This document shows positions 52,542-63,903 of a DNA stretch of 64,000 nucleotides, piece after piece; positions within the stretch are counted from its first letter, which is position 1, and each line of letters opens with the position of its first letter. The DNA is from an uncultured Clostridia bacterium (lineage in GTDB: Bacteria; Bacillota; Clostridia; TANB77; CAG-508). The DNA lies in assembly GCA_934178475.1 (NCBI GenBank), contig CAKPQH010000001.1, positions 68,128-132,127 of the forward strand. Reading direction: 5' to 3'. Both the position numbers and the translations under genes were made by a program. The notes beneath the pieces were generated by a model. That model was given only the letters and a program-made list of their open reading frames with translations, had not been told where the DNA came from and did no database searches.

Positions 52542-52718
52542 ATTTTTCCCTCCATTATTTATAATATTAAAACACCATTCTCATTATATCAACTTTATAT
52601 TTATTTTTCAACAAACAATATCAAATATTTTTATGCATTTTTTTCCTCTAAAACATTGCAAAATCCCAAATATTAATATACAATACCTTTATAATATTTT
52701 TAGGAAGGATGACTTATT

Positions 52719-54110
52719 ATGCAAAAGCTATTAATTAAAGATTTATATAAAAAAACTAAAGATTATGAAAACAAAGAAATAACATTAGAAGGATGGGTTC
52801 GTAATATCAGATGTTCAAAAAATTTTGGTTTTATTGAACTAAACGATGGTTCATTTTTTAAAAATACTCAAATTGTAATATCTGATACTTTAAATAATTT
52901 TGATGAACTTTCAAAACTTTCTATAAGTTCTTCTATCAAAATTACTGGAAAATTTATAATTACTGAAAATGCAAAACAACCTTTTGAAGTTCAAGCAACA
53001 AATGTAGAAATATATAATATTTGTGATAACAGCTATCCACTTCAAAAGAAAAAACATTCTTTTGAATATTTAAGAACAATCTCACATCTTCGTCCAAGAG
53101 CAAATACATTCTATGCTGTATTTAGAGTTAGAAGTGTTCTTTCATATGCAATTCACAAATTCTTTCAAGAAAAAGGATTTGTATATGTTCATACTCCAAT
53201 TTTAACTTCAAGTGATGCTGAAGGTGCTGGCGAAATGTTTAATGTTTCATCATTTGATTTATCAAATGTACCTTTAACAGAAAACAAAAATGTGGATTAT
53301 AATAAAGACTTCTTTGGAAAACCTGCACATTTAACAGTTAGCGGACAACTAAATGTTGAAACATATGCATCTGCATTTAGAAATGTATATACTTTCGGAC
53401 CTACATTTAGAGCAGAAAATTCTAATACAGTTAAACATGCTGCTGAATTTTGGATGATTGAACCAGAAATATGTTTTGCAGATTTAAATGATGATATGGA
53501 CTTAGCAGAAGAAATGATAAAATATATCTTTTCTTATGTATTAGAGAATTGTCCTGAAGAAATGGAATTCTTCAACAAATTTATAGATAACACATTATTA
53601 GATAGATTAAATAATGTTATACATTCCGACTTTGTTAGAATATCATATACAGATGCAATTAAAAAATTAGAAAATCATAATGACGAATTTGAATATAAAG
53701 TTTCTTGGGGCGTTGATTTACAAACAGAACATGAAAGATATCTTTGTGAAAAAATATTTAAAAAACCTGTATTTGTAACAGATTATCCTGCTGAAATAAA
53801 AGCATTTTACATGAAACAAAATCCAGATGGTAAAACTGTTGCTGCTGCCGATTTATTAGCTCCTGGTATAGGAGAAATAATTGGTGGAAGTCAAAGAGAA
53901 GATGATTATGATAAATTAATTAATAAAATGAAAGAACTAAATATGGATATTGATACTTATTGGTGGTATCTAGACTTAAGAAAATATGGTAGTGTAGAAC
54001 ATTCAGGTTTTGGACTTGGTTTCGAAAGAGCTTTAATGTACTTAACTGGCATGCAAAACATTAGAGATGTTATACCATTCCCTAGAACTCCAAAAAATTG
54101 TGATTTTTAA
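52719..54110 (+). CDS. asnS: Asparagine--tRNA ligase
   Basis: 463 aa. Class II aaRS motifs ([24 protein letters not shown]) with an AsnRS-type N-terminal OB fold. AGGAAGG RBS. Confidence 0.9.
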   Translation: MQKLLIKDLYKKTKDYENKEITLEGWVRNIRCSKNFGFIELNDGSFFKNTQIVISDTLNNFDELSKLSISSSIKITGKFIITENAKQPFEVQATNVEIYNICDNSYPLQKKKHSFEYLRTISHLRPRANTFYAVFRVRSVLSYAIHKFFQEKGFVYVHTPILTSSDAEGAGEMFNVSSFDLSNVPLTENKNVDYNKDFFGKPAHLTVSGQLNVETYASAFRNVYTFGPTFRAENSNTVKHAAEFWMIEPEICFADLNDDMDLAEEMIKYIFSYVLENCPEEMEFFNKFIDNTLLDRLNNVIHSDFVRISYTDAIKKLENHNDEFEYKVSWGVDLQTEHERYLCEKIFKKPVFVTDYPAEIKAFYMKQNPDGKTVAAADLLAPGIGEIIGGSQREDDYDKLINKMKELNMDIDTYWWYLDLRKYGSVEHSGFGLGFERALMYLTGMQNIRDVIPFPRTPKNCDF

Positions 54111-54129
54111 TAAAACAATTAATTCAAAA

Positions 54130-54177
54130 ATACACTTAAAATTAAATGAATAGTTTAATTTTAAGTGTATTTTTTTA
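54130..54177 (+). terminator. Hairpin terminator between the convergent asnS and yihY-like genes
   Basis: ATACACTTAAAATTAAA-tgaatag-TTTAATTTTAAGTGTAT followed by TTTTTTT. Confidence 0.6.
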
Positions 54178-54183
54178 TAACCT

Positions 54184-55032
54184 TTATTTTTCCTTTATAG
54201 TACTTTTATTTTTTTGTGTAATCTTATTTATTTCTGCTCCAACAAAAATAATATACATACTAATATATATCCACATCAATACAAGTAATACTGATGTTAA
54301 ACTTCCATACATAGAAGCAAAATTTTTAAACACATCTAAATATACAGAAAATACTTTCGAAACACACAACCACCCTACTACAGAAAAAACCGCTCCAGGT
54401 ATTTGAGAAGAAATAGTAACTTTATGCCTTGGTATTCCTTTATAAATATATATAAATACTAAAAACAATATTAAAATTATTATTATATTTTTCATAAAAT
54501 TTATAACTGTTCCTAAATATTCTGCATTATTAAATATCTTATATATTTCTTGTGTTAATGTATTTCCAAAAATAACTAAAGCTAAAGAAATTATAATAAA
54601 TACCAAAAACTCAATTGTGTTTAATATTGATGTAATCGTTTGTTTCACATACATAAGCTTTACATTTTTTATTTCAAAAACTGAATTAAGTCCCTTATTT
54701 AAAGCATAAAATCCTTTTCTCGCGGCCCATAATGTTATTATAACAGATAAAACTGTTGTAGTAACCGATTTTGAAGATACCTCTTCAATTATAGAAAATA
54801 TTGCACCTTCCATACTTCCTGGTATTACCGATTTTATTATATTATACAATGTTTCCTGTGATATATTAAAATATTGTATTAAGCTAAGCAATAATATAAG
54901 AAAGGGCATAAATGATAAAAATATATAATATGCACATTGTGCAGAATATTCTCCTAAATTATCATTAAAAATATTAGAAAGAAACTCATTAACTATCTTC
55001 TTAGCTTTTTCCATAAACAATCTCCGTTTCAT
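54184..55032 (-). CDS. YihY/BrkB (ribonuclease BN-like) family inner-membrane protein
   Basis: 282 aa, 6 TM. YYIFLSFMPFLILLLSLI and the overall YihY layout. Confidence 0.7.
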   Translation of the reverse strand: MKRRLFMEKAKKIVNEFLSNIFNDNLGEYSAQCAYYIFLSFMPFLILLLSLIQYFNISQETLYNIIKSVIPGSMEGAIFSIIEEVSSKSVTTTVLSVIITLWAARKGFYALNKGLNSVFEIKNVKLMYVKQTITSILNTIEFLVFIIISLALVIFGNTLTQEIYKIFNNAEYLGTVINFMKNIIIILILFLVFIYIYKGIPRHKVTISSQIPGAVFSVVGWLCVSKVFSVYLDVFKNFASMYGSLTSVLLVLMWIYISMYIIFVGAEINKITQKNKSTIKEK

Positions 55033-55126
55033 TTTTTTTGATTATACCATATCAATATATTTTATTCAATCAGTATTAAATTAAAACCTAAAAAGAACTC
55101 TGTAATCATCAGAGTCCTTTAAATAA

Positions 55127-55543
55127 TTATTCTATTGGTATATATTTCTTTTCAGGTAGTTCCTTCTTTTCTTCTTTTTTAGGAACTTCTATAGTTAATG
55201 TTCCATTTTTAAATTTAGCTTTTATTTCATCCTCAGTCACATTTTCTCCAATATAGAAACTTCTAGAACATTCTCCTGAATATCTTTCTTTACGTACAAA
55301 TTTTCCTTTTTCTTCATCATTTTCTTCTTTATTGACAGTTGCATGAATAGTTAAATATCCATCTTGTATTTCCAATTTTATTCCATCTTTCTCATATCCA
55401 GGCAAATCAATATCAATAATAAATTTATCCTTTTTCTCTTTTATATCTGTCTTCATTAATTTGCTTTCTCTCTCATTGAAAAAATCATCTCCAAACACAT
55501 CTCCAAATAAATCAAACTCATGTCTTCTAGGTATCATCATCAT
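55127..55543 (-). CDS. Hsp20/alpha-crystallin family small heat-shock protein
   Basis: Alpha-crystallin core (DIKEKKDKFIIDIDLPGYEKDGIKLEIQDGYLTIHA ... GTLTIEVPK). The track's start at 55600 is probably too long: MMMIP at 55535-55543 is preceded by an AAAGGAG RBS. Confidence 0.8.
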   Translation of the reverse strand: MMMIPRRHEFDLFGDVFGDDFFNERESKLMKTDIKEKKDKFIIDIDLPGYEKDGIKLEIQDGYLTIHATVNKEENDEEKGKFVRKERYSGECSRSFYIGENVTEDEIKAKFKNGTLTIEVPKKEEKKELPEKKYIPIE

Positions 55544-55787
55544 AAAAATCAACTCCTTTAATTTATATTTATGTGTTGACACTTGATGGGAGTGGCACAT
55601 ATATTTATGATAAATATTTTTACCATTTACATATATTATTATACATCTATTTTTAGCAGTGTCAATAGTAGATTGCTAATTTTCACAAAATTTTCACAAA
55701 TTTTCTAAAACACTTACTACATCTCGTATTGCCGTTTCACTGTAAAAATGTTATAATACTTTTTATAAATTATTAAAGGAGAAAATT

Positions 55788-56237
55788 ATGGAAATATCAG
55801 AAAAGAATGAAAATACTACTGAATATTGGAATCAAATAATTCCAGAATTATCAGTAACAAATTTAGAAAAAAGCTTGAATTTTTATACAACTATAGGCTT
55901 TAAAATAAAATATGAAAGGCCTGAAAATAAATTCGCTTTTATATATTTTAATAAAATACAATTTATGTTACAAGAATTATCTAGTAATGATAAATGGAAT
56001 GTAGGAACTCTTACATATCCTTTTGGTAATGGTATAAATTTTCAATTAGAAGTTACTAATATAGACAAAATATATTATAACTTAAAAAAACAAAAATATA
56101 AAATATCTTTTGATATTGAAGAAAATTGGTATAGACAAGAAAACAAATTATTAGGCAACAAAGAATTTTTAATTCAAGATCCAGATGGTTATTTATTAAG
56201 ATTTTTTGAAGATATAGGAGAAAAAGATATATGTTAA
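55788..56237 (+). CDS. VOC (glyoxalase/bleomycin-resistance fold) family protein
   Basis: 149 aa; IPELSVTNLEKSLNFYTTIGFKI ... LIQDPDGYLLRFFE is typical of the VOC fold. Confidence 0.55.
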   Translation: MEISEKNENTTEYWNQIIPELSVTNLEKSLNFYTTIGFKIKYERPENKFAFIYFNKIQFMLQELSSNDKWNVGTLTYPFGNGINFQLEVTNIDKIYYNLKKQKYKISFDIEENWYRQENKLLGNKEFLIQDPDGYLLRFFEDIGEKDIC

Positions 56238-56692
56238 AAATATATAATTTAAAAGATAAACCAGAATATATTGAAGAAGTCGCTATTTTGACTCAAAAAG
56301 AATGGGGTAATCAAGTCTACCCATCAAAAGAATTCAATAACAAAGTAACTAAAAAAATCGAAAAAATAAAACTCAATTTTAGCAATCCATACTATTGTAA
56401 ATTAATTTTACTAAAAGACTCTACTTTAATAGGTTTTATTTCAATTTTCCAATATGATATAGATAACAGATATGACTTATCCCCTTGTTATTCAACAATG
56501 TTTATAAAAGAAGAATATCGTAATCGTGGATATTCTAAAATTTTAAATTCTGCTATATTAAAAGAAGCTAGAAATAGAGATTTTAAAAAAATATATTTAA
56601 AAACTTCTCTATCAAACTATTATGAAAAATTTGGTGCAAAATATCTAGAAGATTTAAATGATAACGAAAAAATTTATTATTTTGAATTATAA
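56231..56692 (+). CDS. GNAT family N-acetyltransferase
   Basis: 153 aa; the segment ending RNRGYSKILNSAILKEA is the acetyl-CoA-binding motif A. Confidence 0.6.
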   Translation: MLKIYNLKDKPEYIEEVAILTQKEWGNQVYPSKEFNNKVTKKIEKIKLNFSNPYYCKLILLKDSTLIGFISIFQYDIDNRYDLSPCYSTMFIKEEYRNRGYSKILNSAILKEARNRDFKKIYLKTSLSNYYEKFGAKYLEDLNDNEKIYYFEL

Positions 56693-56853
56693 TTTTTAAT
56701 TGACTATTTTATTTACAAACACATAAAATCGTGATATTATATTAACATAATGTAGCTTTATATACATTAAATTATTGTCTAATGTAGGAGGTGAATTTAG
56801 TAGTTATTGTTTTATTAGTCCCAAATTTATAATAAAAGAAAGGAGAATTCTAT

Positions 56854-58269
56854 ATGGGAATACGGAACAATTTTTACGCAGACATCATGGCCTTTCATCC
56901 AGAAGTAACAGGTTCATGTATTTTAGTAGTTGTAAAATATCCAAACGGAAACACATCAAAATTTATTGTTGATTGTGGTTTATTTCAAGAATCAAAATAC
57001 TCTGAATACAACAATAAGCTATTTTTCAATGCTGACGAATTAGATTTTGCTCTTGTCACACATAATCATGTTGACCATATTGGTAGATTACCTTTTTTAA
57101 TGAAAAATGGTTTTTCTAAAAATATATACATGACAAATGACACTCAAAAAATAATTCGGTTAGCTTTAAGTGATAGCTACAAAGTCCTAAGAGGTATATC
57201 TAAAAGAGAACACAAACAATGTTTATATTCAGAAACTGATGTTGAAAGAACCCTTCATAGTATTGTAGGATGTAACTATTTTAAAAAAACACAAGTAACA
57301 CCCAATATAAGTGTTAACTTTCTAAGCAATGGTCACTTAATTGGTGCTGCAATGATTTGGGTACAAATATCTTTCCCTGAATACGAAGATATTAACATCT
57401 TATTCACAGGCGACTATAACAACAAAAATTTATTTTTTGACTTCTTACCTGTTCCAAAAGAATTAAAATCTTTACCTTTAACAATTATTCAGGAATCAAC
57501 CTATGGTGACATGGATTCAAGCAGTATCCAAAAATGTTATGAAAAAAATATAGTTAGCGCAATAAATGAAGGAAAAACTGTAATTACACCTGTTTTTTCA
57601 TTGGGTAGATCTCAGGAAATTCTGTATGTATTAAAAACATTGCAGAAATCTGGTAAATTGTCAGATTCAATTCCAGTTTATTTTGATGGAAAACTTGCAA
57701 TACAGTACACAAATCTTTATCTTAAAGATGAGTTTAATTTAAATGAAGATATGAAAGATTTTCTTCCTGACAATTTAACTTTTATAGATAAAGAAACCCG
57801 AGATAATATTTTATATGATAACAATCCTAAAATCATTTTAACCACATCTGGTATGGGATCATATGGACCTGCTCAAACTTATATACCTGCATATCTTTCT
57901 CGAAAGAATGCTCTTATACAATTTACAGGCTATACAGCTGAAGGTACACTTGGCAACAGACTTAAAACTACTCCTAAAGGTGAAACTGTAGAAGTAGGCG
58001 GTCTAATGGTAATCAAACGTGCAGATGTAGAATATACAACAGAATATTCTGCCCACGCTAAATCAGATGAACTTATCAGCTTTTTACAGCAGTTTGAAAA
58101 ATTAAAATTAGTTTTAATAAATCATGGAGAAACTGCTGTGAAAAAAACTTATGCAGAAAAAGTTGTAAAAAAAGTAGACACACAATATGTAGGTATTTTA
58201 GGTGAAGAACATTTATTTAGAATAAATCCTTACGGTTTAGTAAAAACATTAACAACAAAATTCAAGTAA
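56854..58269 (+). CDS. MBL-fold metallo-hydrolase of the beta-CASP (RNA-metabolising) type
   Basis: 471 aa. HNHVDHIGRLP (HxHxDH), downstream His and Asp motifs, and a C-terminal beta-CASP-like region. Shorter than RNase J. Confidence 0.65.
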   Translation: MGIRNNFYADIMAFHPEVTGSCILVVVKYPNGNTSKFIVDCGLFQESKYSEYNNKLFFNADELDFALVTHNHVDHIGRLPFLMKNGFSKNIYMTNDTQKIIRLALSDSYKVLRGISKREHKQCLYSETDVERTLHSIVGCNYFKKTQVTPNISVNFLSNGHLIGAAMIWVQISFPEYEDINILFTGDYNNKNLFFDFLPVPKELKSLPLTIIQESTYGDMDSSSIQKCYEKNIVSAINEGKTVITPVFSLGRSQEILYVLKTLQKSGKLSDSIPVYFDGKLAIQYTNLYLKDEFNLNEDMKDFLPDNLTFIDKETRDNILYDNNPKIILTTSGMGSYGPAQTYIPAYLSRKNALIQFTGYTAEGTLGNRLKTTPKGETVEVGGLMVIKRADVEYTTEYSAHAKSDELISFLQQFEKLKLVLINHGETAVKKTYAEKVVKKVDTQYVGILGEEHLFRINPYGLVKTLTTKFK

Positions 58270-58272
58270 ACA

Positions 58273-58298
58273 AGAGAGAGGCAATGCCTCTCTCTTTT
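58273..58298 (+). terminator. Bidirectional hairpin terminator between the MBL gene and the histidine kinase gene
   Basis: AGAGAGAGGC-aat-GCCTCTCTCT followed by TTTT. Confidence 0.6.
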
Positions 58299-58342
58299 CA
58301 TATATTTTAATATTTTAATATTTCACACTTAGTATTCAAATT

Positions 58343-59845
58343 CTATTTTTCATTCTTTCTAATAAAATCCAATTCAAAATAAAATTCTACTCCACCAGCT
58401 TTATTTTTTACACCAAAATCATTTTTATAATTATTCATAATAGCTTTTACTAAAGATAACCCTATACCATTACCACCATTGTCTCTGTTTCTTGATTCAT
58501 CTTTTTTATAAAATCTATTCCAAATTCTTACCATATCCTCTTCTGAAAAGTTATCATACGAATTAAAAATTTTAATTCTCACTTTTCCTTTTTCAAGTTT
58601 TATTTCATTTGTTATTTTCATACTTTTAACTCCGTTTACAGGAATAGCATATTTTATAGCATTTGTAACAAAATTTGTTAAAACTTGATCAATATAAAAC
58701 TCATCAGCAAAAACTATAATAGAATCATCTGAAATAGTATTTACTTGTATATTTTCTTTTTCCATCATAACTTTTGAATTTCTAACAATTTCTTTTTCCA
58801 TTTCAACAATATCAAATTCATTATTATTAAAATTCATTGAACCATACTCTAACTTCATAAGTTCCAACAATTGTTTAACCAACTTATCCATTTTAGTTGC
58901 TTCATCTAAAATTACTTCTGCATAAAATCTTCTACTTTCATCATCTGTATTTACATTTTCAATTAATCCCTCACTATATCCCTGTATTAATGCTATTGGT
59001 GTTTTAAGCTCATGAGAAACATCTGAAATAAAACTTTTTCTCATTTCATCAATTTGTGACTTTTCTTCTATATCTTTTTCAAGTTCTAAATTAGTACTTT
59101 TCAGCTGATTAATTACCGCTTCTAACTTATTAGACATCACGTTAATACTTTTACCTAAATTCTCAATTTCATCATTACTATCACTCTCTTTATATTTATG
59201 ACTAAAATCTAAATTGGACATTTTTTTAGCAATTACATTTAGTTCTTCAATAGGTCTACTAAAAGACTTTGAAACCTCAGATACAATAATTCCACCTATT
59301 ATAATAATAAAAAATGCAATCCAATACAAAAATCTATTAGAAATTTTTACAGCTTCTTCAATTGATGTAATAGGCATCCTAATAAATAACTTATAATCAT
59401 TATCTAAATCTGCTATAAGAACTATATATGTTATATTGGTTCCTTTATCTTTTGTTTTACTTATTTTATACTGTTTCTGTTCTTCTAGAACTTCTGTTTT
59501 TGAGTTATTTTCTAAATTCATACCTCTTATCAAAGAATAAAAATCTTTATTTGATGTATAAATATTAATTCCATTATTTCCTTTTATTAAAATATCAAAA
59601 TTATTACTTATAGCAATTCTATCTAATTCATTATCCAACTCTGCTTGTGTATATTCTTTACTATAAAAATCATTTATTTTATTATAGACCAATTTTAAAG
59701 AATTTTTCTTGCTATATGAATAGAATTTTTCTAACACAATATTATTAATTATAATTAAAAACAAAACTATTGATATAACAATAACACAAAGAGAAACAAA
59801 TAATTTAGTTCTAATTGATGTAAATCTTTGACTTATCTTTTTCAT
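58343..59845 (-). CDS. Sensor histidine kinase (two TM, HAMP, HisKA, HATPase)
   Basis: 500 aa. H-box SHELKTP. N-, G1- and G2-box-like segments (NAIKY, GIGLSLVKAI). Confidence 0.85.
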   Translation of the reverse strand: MKKISQRFTSIRTKLFVSLCVIVISIVLFLIIINNIVLEKFYSYSKKNSLKLVYNKINDFYSKEYTQAELDNELDRIAISNNFDILIKGNNGINIYTSNKDFYSLIRGMNLENNSKTEVLEEQKQYKISKTKDKGTNITYIVLIADLDNDYKLFIRMPITSIEEAVKISNRFLYWIAFFIIIIGGIIVSEVSKSFSRPIEELNVIAKKMSNLDFSHKYKESDSNDEIENLGKSINVMSNKLEAVINQLKSTNLELEKDIEEKSQIDEMRKSFISDVSHELKTPIALIQGYSEGLIENVNTDDESRRFYAEVILDEATKMDKLVKQLLELMKLEYGSMNFNNNEFDIVEMEKEIVRNSKVMMEKENIQVNTISDDSIIVFADEFYIDQVLTNFVTNAIKYAIPVNGVKSMKITNEIKLEKGKVRIKIFNSYDNFSEEDMVRIWNRFYKKDESRNRDNGGNGIGLSLVKAIMNNYKNDFGVKNKAGGVEFYFELDFIRKNEK

Positions 59846-59855
59846 CTTACTTCAC

Positions 59856-60533
59856 CTATTTTATTTCAAATTTATATCCAATTCCTCTTATTGTTTCTAT
59901 GTACTTTCCTTTTTTTCCTAATTTGTGCCTTATTTTCTTTATATGACTATCTATTGTTCTTGAATCTCCATAGTAATCATAATTCCATACATTATTTAAT
60001 ATCTTATCTCTTGATAATGCAACTTTTTCATTATCTAGCAAATACTTTAATAATTCATACTCTCTTAAACTTAATTCTATATTTTTTCCATCAACAGAAA
60101 CTGTCCTTCCTTGTTCATCTAATACAATTCCGCCAAAATCCCTTACTTCTTGTTTTTCTTCCTTGCTTCTTTTTAATATAGCTTCTATCCTAGCAACCAA
60201 TATTTTAGGACTAAATGGTTTTGAAATATATTCGTCAACTCCAAGTTCAAATCCAAAAAGTTCATCCTGTTCTTCTCCCCTAGCTGTAAGCATAATCACA
60301 GGGACACTAGAGCTTTGTCTTATGCTTCTAAGAACAGTCCATCCATCAATTTTAGGCATCATAACATCTAAAATTATCAAATCAATTTTATTTTGATTTT
60401 GTTCAAATATATCTATAGCTTCTTGTCCATCCTTAGCTTCTAATATAGAATAACTTTTTACCATTAAAAAATCTTTTATCAATTTTCTCATTCTAGCTTC
60501 ATCATCTACAATTAAAATAGTTATATCTTTCAA
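59856..60533 (-). CDS. OmpR/PhoB-family response regulator
   Basis: 225 aa. ILIVDDE ... LIILDVMMP receiver and a winged-helix C-terminus (RTIDSHIKKIRHKL). Lies 10 nt upstream of the kinase gene. Confidence 0.9.
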   Translation of the reverse strand: MKDITILIVDDEARMRKLIKDFLMVKSYSILEAKDGQEAIDIFEQNQNKIDLIILDVMMPKIDGWTVLRSIRQSSSVPVIMLTARGEEQDELFGFELGVDEYISKPFSPKILVARIEAILKRSKEEKQEVRDFGGIVLDEQGRTVSVDGKNIELSLREYELLKYLLDNEKVALSRDKILNNVWNYDYYGDSRTIDSHIKKIRHKLGKKGKYIETIRGIGYKFEIK

Positions 60534-60666
60534 ATTTATGCCTCCTATCTTATTATATAATTTTCTTAATGTAATATATTATACAATTTATTTATGAATA
60601 TATTATGTCCTTTTAGAAAATAAAGTTACAAATCCAATAATTTGTAACTTTATCATTTTTATTCTT

Positions 60667-61902
60667 CTAATTCATGTAATCTTTTAACTTTTTGCTTCTG
60701 CTTGGATGTCTTAGTTTTCTTAAAGCTTTTGCTTCAATTTGACGTATTCTTTCTCTTGTTACGTCAAATTCTTTTCCAACTTCTTCAAGAGTTCTTGCTT
60801 TTCCATCATCAAGACCAAATCTTAACCTTAAAACTTTTGCTTCTCTAGGTGTTAATGTTGACATTACTTCTTTTAATTGTTCCTTTAATAATGTATAAGC
60901 AGCTGCATCTTGAGGAGCTGGTGAATCTTCATCTTGTATAAAATCCCCTAAATGACTATCATCTTCTTCTCCTATAGGAGTTTCAAGAGAAACCGGATCT
61001 TGTGCTATTTTTTGAATTTCCATAACCTTTTCAACTGTCATATCCAATTCTTTAGCTAATTCCTCTGGAGATGGCTCTCTTCCCAACTGTTGTAATAAGT
61101 GTCTTGATGTTCTTATAACTTTATTTATTGTTTCCACCATATGAACTGGTATTCTTATTGTTCTTGCTTGGTCTGCTATTGCTCTTGTTATTGATTGTCT
61201 AATCCACCATGTAGCATAAGTACTAAACTTAAATCCTTTAGTATAATCAAACTTCTCTACAGCTTTTATAAGTCCCATGTTTCCTTCTTGAATTAAATCT
61301 AAAAATAACATACCTCTACCAACATATTTTTTAGCAATGCTTACAACCAATCTTAAGTTTGCCTCTGCAAGTTCTTGTTTAGCTTCTTCATCGTCTTCTA
61401 GAATCCTCTTTGCTAAATCTAATTCTTGTTCATATGTTAATAAATGTATTCTTCCAATCTCTCTTAAATACATTCTAACAGGATCATCTACATTTATTCC
61501 TTCGAAATTGTCCTCAGTTATTGTATCTAATTTTAATTCTTCAACCTCATGTAAATCTTCCTCATTAGGCTCATCTTCAAAATCATCACTAAAGACATTA
61601 TCTCCTAATTCTTCAATAGCATCAAATACTTGTTTCATCTCATCTTGACTTATATCATTTAATTCATTAGCAAGTTCTCCATAAGTTATTTTTCCTTTTT
61701 CTTTAGCCTTTTTTATTATCTTCTCTACTTTTTCCTTAGTTTTATCTGACTCATTATTCGAACTTACCTCTACTTCTTTAGGTTTTTTCTCATTATTAGC
61801 ATCTTTATTTATTTCATCTATTCTTAACTGAGTATTTTCCGCTTCTACTATTTCTTTCTTTTCTTTCTTCGCTTTCTTTTTATTCACTTTTTCCTCTTTC
61901 AA
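60667..61902 (-). CDS. rpoD: RNA polymerase primary sigma factor (sigma-70/SigA)
   Basis: Regions 1.2 to 4.2 present: [70 protein letters not shown]. Charged N-terminal extension. Confidence 0.9.
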   Translation of the reverse strand: MKEEKVNKKKAKKEKKEIVEAENTQLRIDEINKDANNEKKPKEVEVSSNNESDKTKEKVEKIIKKAKEKGKITYGELANELNDISQDEMKQVFDAIEELGDNVFSDDFEDEPNEEDLHEVEELKLDTITEDNFEGINVDDPVRMYLREIGRIHLLTYEQELDLAKRILEDDEEAKQELAEANLRLVVSIAKKYVGRGMLFLDLIQEGNMGLIKAVEKFDYTKGFKFSTYATWWIRQSITRAIADQARTIRIPVHMVETINKVIRTSRHLLQQLGREPSPEELAKELDMTVEKVMEIQKIAQDPVSLETPIGEEDDSHLGDFIQDEDSPAPQDAAAYTLLKEQLKEVMSTLTPREAKVLRLRFGLDDGKARTLEEVGKEFDVTRERIRQIEAKALRKLRHPSRSKKLKDYMN

Positions 61903-61913
61903 CTTTTACACCT

Positions 61914-63686
61914 CTACTTAATCTTAACTAATTTTAAAATTATGCTATTTAGCTCTTGTCCTAATTTATTTTTTTCTTCTTTATCAGTTTCATTTTCAAT
62001 TTTTTCTAGTAATTCATCTCTTCTTTTTTCAAGTTTCTCTCTTTGATATTTAAGTCTTATATCTTCAAAAGCTTTATTACTATCTGTTATTCCATAATCT
62101 TCTGTCATAATTTCAGTAAGTTTATTTTGTATATTCTCATCTAATAAATTTAATATAGAATTAACATTTACATCATTTTGCTCACATTTTTCATATATTT
62201 TGCTTAAAATTTCTTTATTTTCTTCATCCTTGAAATCCTCTACAGATATATTTTCTTTTATTTTATTATACATCTCTGGAGTATTTACTATCATTGATAT
62301 AATTGTTTTTTCTCTTCTTTGTACTTCACTTGAAACATAATTTTCTTTTTTTTCTCTTTTTACAATTACAGGTTTTGCTTTTTCTAAGACTTTCTCATCC
62401 TTTTTATTTGCATACTGTAACTTATTTACTTGTCCGAAAATCGCTTCTTTTGATATATTATATCCATCTGCTATCTTTTCTATGTATATTTCTTGTTCTA
62501 TAGTATTATCAATCTTTGAAAATAGTTTAGCGATTTCATTCAAAAATTTAATTTTATCTCCAGCATTTTCCAAGTTTAAATTTTGTTTCAATATTTTAAC
62601 CTTAAATTCAATTAAAGATATTGCCTCATCTAGCAATTTTTGAAATCTGGCTGAACCATATTTTAAAATATATTCATCTGGATCTTTTGCACCTGTCATT
62701 TGTAATATTCTTATATCGCATCCCATGTTTTGCATAACTTCCATAGCTCTCATAATAGCTGTTTGACCAGCACCATCAGAATCAAACCCCAATATGACTT
62801 GTTCTGTATTTTTTCTAAGAAGCCATCCTTGTTGAGGAGTAAGTGCCGTTCCTAATGCTGCTACTACATTTGTTATTCCTCTCTGATGAAGTGATATTAC
62901 ATCCATATAACCTTCTACAATTAAAAGTTTTTTTATATCACCTTTTTTAGCAACATTTAATCCAAATAAATTTCGACCTTTACTATAAACAATATTCTCA
63001 GGAGAATTTATATATTTTGGCTTAGAATCATCTAGCACTCTTCCCCCAAAACCTATAACTCTATTTCTTACATCAAATATCGGAATCATTAGTCTATTTC
63101 TATATCTATCTATATATTTTCCATTATCTGTTTTATTTACTAATCCAGATTCTAATATTTCTTCATCATGAAATCCTTGTTTTCTAAGTTCTTTATAAAG
63201 CTCATCAAAATTACCCGAAAATCCTATTTTGTAACTTTCTATTGTTTCCATATTTAATTTTCTTTGTTTTACATATTCTTGTCCCATTTTTGATCTAGAC
63301 TCAAATAATCTTTTATGATAATATTCTGCTGCATATGCATTTACTTTGTATACTTTTGCTTTCAACTCTTCTTTGCTATTATCTGCATTATTATCAATAG
63401 GTAATTCAATTTTTGCCCTTTCAGCAAGAACTTCGATTGTTTCTTTAAAACCAAGTCCCTCTATCTTACTTATGAAAGTTATTACATTTCCTCCTACGCC
63501 ACATCCAAAGCAATGAAAAATTTGCTTATCAGGAGACACAGAAAATGATGGTGATTTTTCATTATGAAAAGGACATAGTCCAAAATAACTTCTTCCTTTT
63601 CTTTTCAAGTGAACGTACTGTGATATAACTTCTATTATGTCATTTGATTGTCTAACTTCTTCTATAATACTATCACTATAACGCAC
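61914..63686 (-). CDS. dnaG: DNA primase
   Basis: Zinc ribbon CPFHNEKSPSFSV ... CFGCG. Toprim core EGYMDVISL. dnaG-rpoD operon synteny. Confidence 0.9.
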   Translation of the reverse strand: MRYSDSIIEEVRQSNDIIEVISQYVHLKRKGRSYFGLCPFHNEKSPSFSVSPDKQIFHCFGCGVGGNVITFISKIEGLGFKETIEVLAERAKIELPIDNNADNSKEELKAKVYKVNAYAAEYYHKRLFESRSKMGQEYVKQRKLNMETIESYKIGFSGNFDELYKELRKQGFHDEEILESGLVNKTDNGKYIDRYRNRLMIPIFDVRNRVIGFGGRVLDDSKPKYINSPENIVYSKGRNLFGLNVAKKGDIKKLLIVEGYMDVISLHQRGITNVVAALGTALTPQQGWLLRKNTEQVILGFDSDGAGQTAIMRAMEVMQNMGCDIRILQMTGAKDPDEYILKYGSARFQKLLDEAISLIEFKVKILKQNLNLENAGDKIKFLNEIAKLFSKIDNTIEQEIYIEKIADGYNISKEAIFGQVNKLQYANKKDEKVLEKAKPVIVKREKKENYVSSEVQRREKTIISMIVNTPEMYNKIKENISVEDFKDEENKEILSKIYEKCEQNDVNVNSILNLLDENIQNKLTEIMTEDYGITDSNKAFEDIRLKYQREKLEKRRDELLEKIENETDKEEKNKLGQELNSIILKLVKIK

Positions 63687-63903
63687 ATTCTCACCACTTT
63701 CTTTTTATACCTAGTATTATTATTCGACGCATTTTACATAATTCCCTCTTTTATGATTAAATTTTATAATAAACGACCATATTAATTAATTAATAAATAA
63801 TCTTATTTTGTTAAATAATATACTTATTATATTATTTTTGATATTGTAAAAATCAAAATATTATGCTATTATATGAATATATTTATAAAAAGGAGGATTC
63901 ATT

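Noticed and set aside
52542-52718. T-box leader upstream of asnS
   Set aside because: The intergenic region is only about 177 bp and AT-rich. It has no specifier or T-box sequence or antiterminator, and is shared with the divergent hydC promoter.
59828-60396. + strand ORFs (117 aa and 77 aa) within the response-regulator gene
   Set aside because: Antisense to a canonical OmpR-family regulator; low complexity.
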